Shown: piece by piece, positions 18,262 through 20,147 of the stretch
Layout of the letters: the number at the start of each line of letters is the position of its first letter
How positions within the stretch are numbered: position 1 is the stretch's first letter
Assembly (NCBI GenBank): GCA_049423385.1
Contig: JBMSQQ010000065.1
Coordinates: forward strand, 1-20,147
From: Silvanigrellaceae bacterium
GTDB taxonomy: Bacteria; Bdellovibrionota_B; Oligoflexia; Silvanigrellales; Silvanigrellaceae
DNA length: 20,147 nucleotides
Direction of reading: 5' to 3'
The notes under the pieces: generated by a model
What the model was told of the DNA's origin: nothing
The model's input: only the letters and a program-made list of their open reading frames with translations
Database searches by the model: none
Translations under genes and position numbers: made by a program

Positions 18262-19413
18262 TTCCAGCTCAGCCATGTGTTCGCGGACGTTTGGATGTGC
18301 TGGAACCAATTTCAGGCATTCCTGGAAATTGGCCATTGCCGCCAGCGAGTCACCCATTTTTTTGTAGGCCAGGCCGAGGTTGTAGAAGATTGAACCCTTG
18401 AGGTCATTTTCTTTCAGATGGGTCAGAGCGTAGCCGTAGATGCGAATTGCTGCGTCATATTTCTTTTCCGTGACAGCCTGGATGGCAGATTTGTTGAGGA
18501 GTGCGGCGCGATCCTTTTCAGACATCACGTCGCGCAGTACGTGAACCGTCGCCTCAACCTCGGCTGCATCGAGAGGAATTTGCAACAAGCCCTGACGAGC
18601 TGTCGGATAGGGTGGAAACACATCCAGAGCCTCGAGGAAGGCTTTCTTGGCGGCCGTAAGGTCGCCCTTTGACGTATGTACTCTGCCAATGAGTGTCAGT
18701 CGTTCCGGATTGCTTGGGCAGAGTTTGTTTGCAGTTTCGAGTATGCGGAGTGAGCCGTCGAGATCTCCGGCCTTGAATTGAACTTTTGCCAAAAGATTCA
18801 TTGCTCTCACGTTGTGAGATTCAACCTGCAGAACGCGTTTGGCAATTTGACCCGCATCGTTGGAATCGCCGCCGTGGAATTTTGCCATTGCATACTCAAG
18901 GCGGATGATCGGGTCGTGCGGATACGATTGATAGGCTTCAGCAACGGCCTTCAGGTAATCCTGCGATGGATTTTCCGATTGGAAGATCCGTTGAGCATGC
19001 ACGAGGGTTTGTGCATCACCTCTGCTGGCATCCGTTTTTCTGAGAACGGAAAGTTGTTCTCCCAGGTTGCCGCTGAGGCACGACGAGAGGCTGAAGATTT
19101 GGCGGATTGCGCAATCGGCGACAAGGGCCAAAGCGGATGTCGTGATGTCGGGACTTAAAACGAACCGAACGATTGAAGCGAGTCTCTGATTACGGGCGAG
19201 TCGCTGGTGAAGAAGATAGTTCTGCCGAGGTTCAAAACTGCGCATGTTGTGAACCAGCCCCCAGGGCTGCTTTGCAAGTGCTTCCGGGAGTTCTTTGCTG
19301 GACGATATGCAATGAACTGAAAATCCTGCCTTGGCAGCGCCCTTGCTCAGGATGGGCTGGTCCGCCTGACCAGATAGAATCACCACCAATGGTGAACTGT
19401 TGTCCTGGGACAT
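18244..19413 (-). CDS. Tetratricopeptide repeat protein with degenerate N-terminal receiver-like domain
   Basis: Several TPR units (NVRAMNLLAKVQFKAGDLDGS..., NPERLTLIGRVH..KGDLTAAKKAF, IFYNLGLAYKKMGD..AMANFQECLKLVP); alternating alpha/beta N-terminal ~120 aa; GGAGG SD. Confidence 0.8.
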   Translation of the reverse strand: MSQDNSSPLVVILSGQADQPILSKGAAKAGFSVHCISSSKELPEALAKQPWGLVHNMRSFEPRQNYLLHQRLARNQRLASIVRFVLSPDITTSALALVADCAIRQIFSLSSCLSGNLGEQLSVLRKTDASRGDAQTLVHAQRIFQSENPSQDYLKAVAEAYQSYPHDPIIRLEYAMAKFHGGDSNDAGQIAKRVLQVESHNVRAMNLLAKVQFKAGDLDGSLRILETANKLCPSNPERLTLIGRVHTSKGDLTAAKKAFLEALDVFPPYPTARQGLLQIPLDAAEVEATVHVLRDVMSEKDRAALLNKSAIQAVTEKKYDAAIRIYGYALTHLKENDLKGSIFYNLGLAYKKMGDSLAAMANFQECLKLVPAHPNVREHMAELESKTVI

Positions 19414-19586
19414 TGAATTTCAGCCTCCAGTATTCAAGTCGACTGTTCTTTGAAAAAACTGAGTTTGTTTTCAGAATATCCAAAAAACAAGTCTTTGCAC
19501 TATCTTGAATCTTGGCGCTGCATCAAAAAAAATTCACCCAAACTTCAAGCCTGGGTGATGAGGAAGACGAAGGGTGGGTGCACAAT

Positions 19587-20147
19587 TCAGTGGTTTTCTC
19601 CGCAAAGAGCCCCCTCAGACTTGTTGAGGTAACGGCAGCCGCGAATCGAACCATCCGGATTTACAAGGACTTCTGCGCGCGAATCGGAGGCGTCGGTTTG
19701 GACTATGTGGAGAATTCCGGACTCGTCGAAACTCAAGCTGCGAATTGCGCGGAAGGGATGGGTGGTGTTGGCGGGAAGGGCTTTTTTGCCCGGCATGACA
19801 AAACTGACCAGTTGGGGCCTTTGCGGAGCAGCGGGATTGACCAGAAAGACCATCGAAAAATCTGTTTCGGCATAAATAAACGATCGAACACCGATTGCGA
19901 CAATGTTCGTTCTTGGGTTTTGTGCAACTTGAAAAATCCAGGAGCCTGTGAGTTTTTGCGTGCTGGTCGCACCTGTGTCCAGATTTGGAACACCCGTCAC
20001 GTTTGCCTGCAAGTCTTGAACTTTTATTGTTGCGCTGTCTTTGGTGCCGGCAGTGATGTGCACAGAGGTTCGGTCTTCTGAAATATCAGGACGTTCGTCG
20101 GTGGATTGAATTTGAGCGGAATTTTCGATGTGAGAACGCGCGCAGGA
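19587..20147 (-). CDS. Hypothetical protein, probable lipoprotein (5'-truncated by window edge)
   Basis: The frame of the 20063 ORF stays open to nt 20147, adding SCARSHIENSAQIQSTDERPDISEDRTS. The S-C followed by a polar tether fits the end of a lipobox. The body is beta-rich with two C-terminal Cys. Confidence 0.6.
   Translation of the reverse strand, partial: SCARSHIENSAQIQSTDERPDISEDRTSVHITAGTKDSATIKVQDLQANVTGVPNLDTGATSTQKLTGSWIFQVAQNPRTNIVAIGVRSFIYAETDFSMVFLVNPAAPQRPQLVSFVMPGKKALPANTTHPFRAIRSLSFDESGILHIVQTDASDSRAEVLVNPDGSIRGCRYLNKSEGALCGENH

Noticed and set aside
19512..20081. 189-aa + strand ORF
   Set aside because: The opposite-strand frame is longer (open to the window edge) and more protein-like.

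Overview
This window contains the chromosomal replication origin of a Gram-negative bacterium. The gene content (split Fo atpB-atpE locus, receiver-like/TPR protein, orphan lipoproteins) suggests Bdellovibrionota/Oligoflexia or a related delta-proteobacterial-type lineage; this is inference only. Gene order: waaA (partial, +), rng (+), rdgB-like (-), tal (-), beta-rich lipoprotein (-), gyrA (-), gyrB (-), dnaN (-), oriC, sua5/tsaC (+), dnaA (-), AtpZ-like and AtpI-like (+), atpB (+), atpE (+), tRNA-Lys(CTT) (+), gluQ (+), pseudo-receiver/TPR protein (-), partial lipoprotein (-). The oriC has more than a dozen DnaA-box-like 9-mers in 11-bp-phased arrays and a DnaA-trio/AT-rich unwinding element beside dnaN. 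Four things stand out. (1) sua5 lies antisense between dnaA and oriC, overlaps the dnaA 3' end and carries a DnaA-box pair in its own coding sequence. (2) The partner-binding pocket of the beta clamp is heavily remodelled, while DnaA has a long linker containing a clamp-binding-like motif (TLPLF) and altered DNA-recognition residues. (3) recF and rpmH are absent from their usual positions, and dnaA is divergent from the Fo operon. (4) A GGGGCCGG motif recurs in the atp leaders. I saw no mobile elements or CRISPR arrays.
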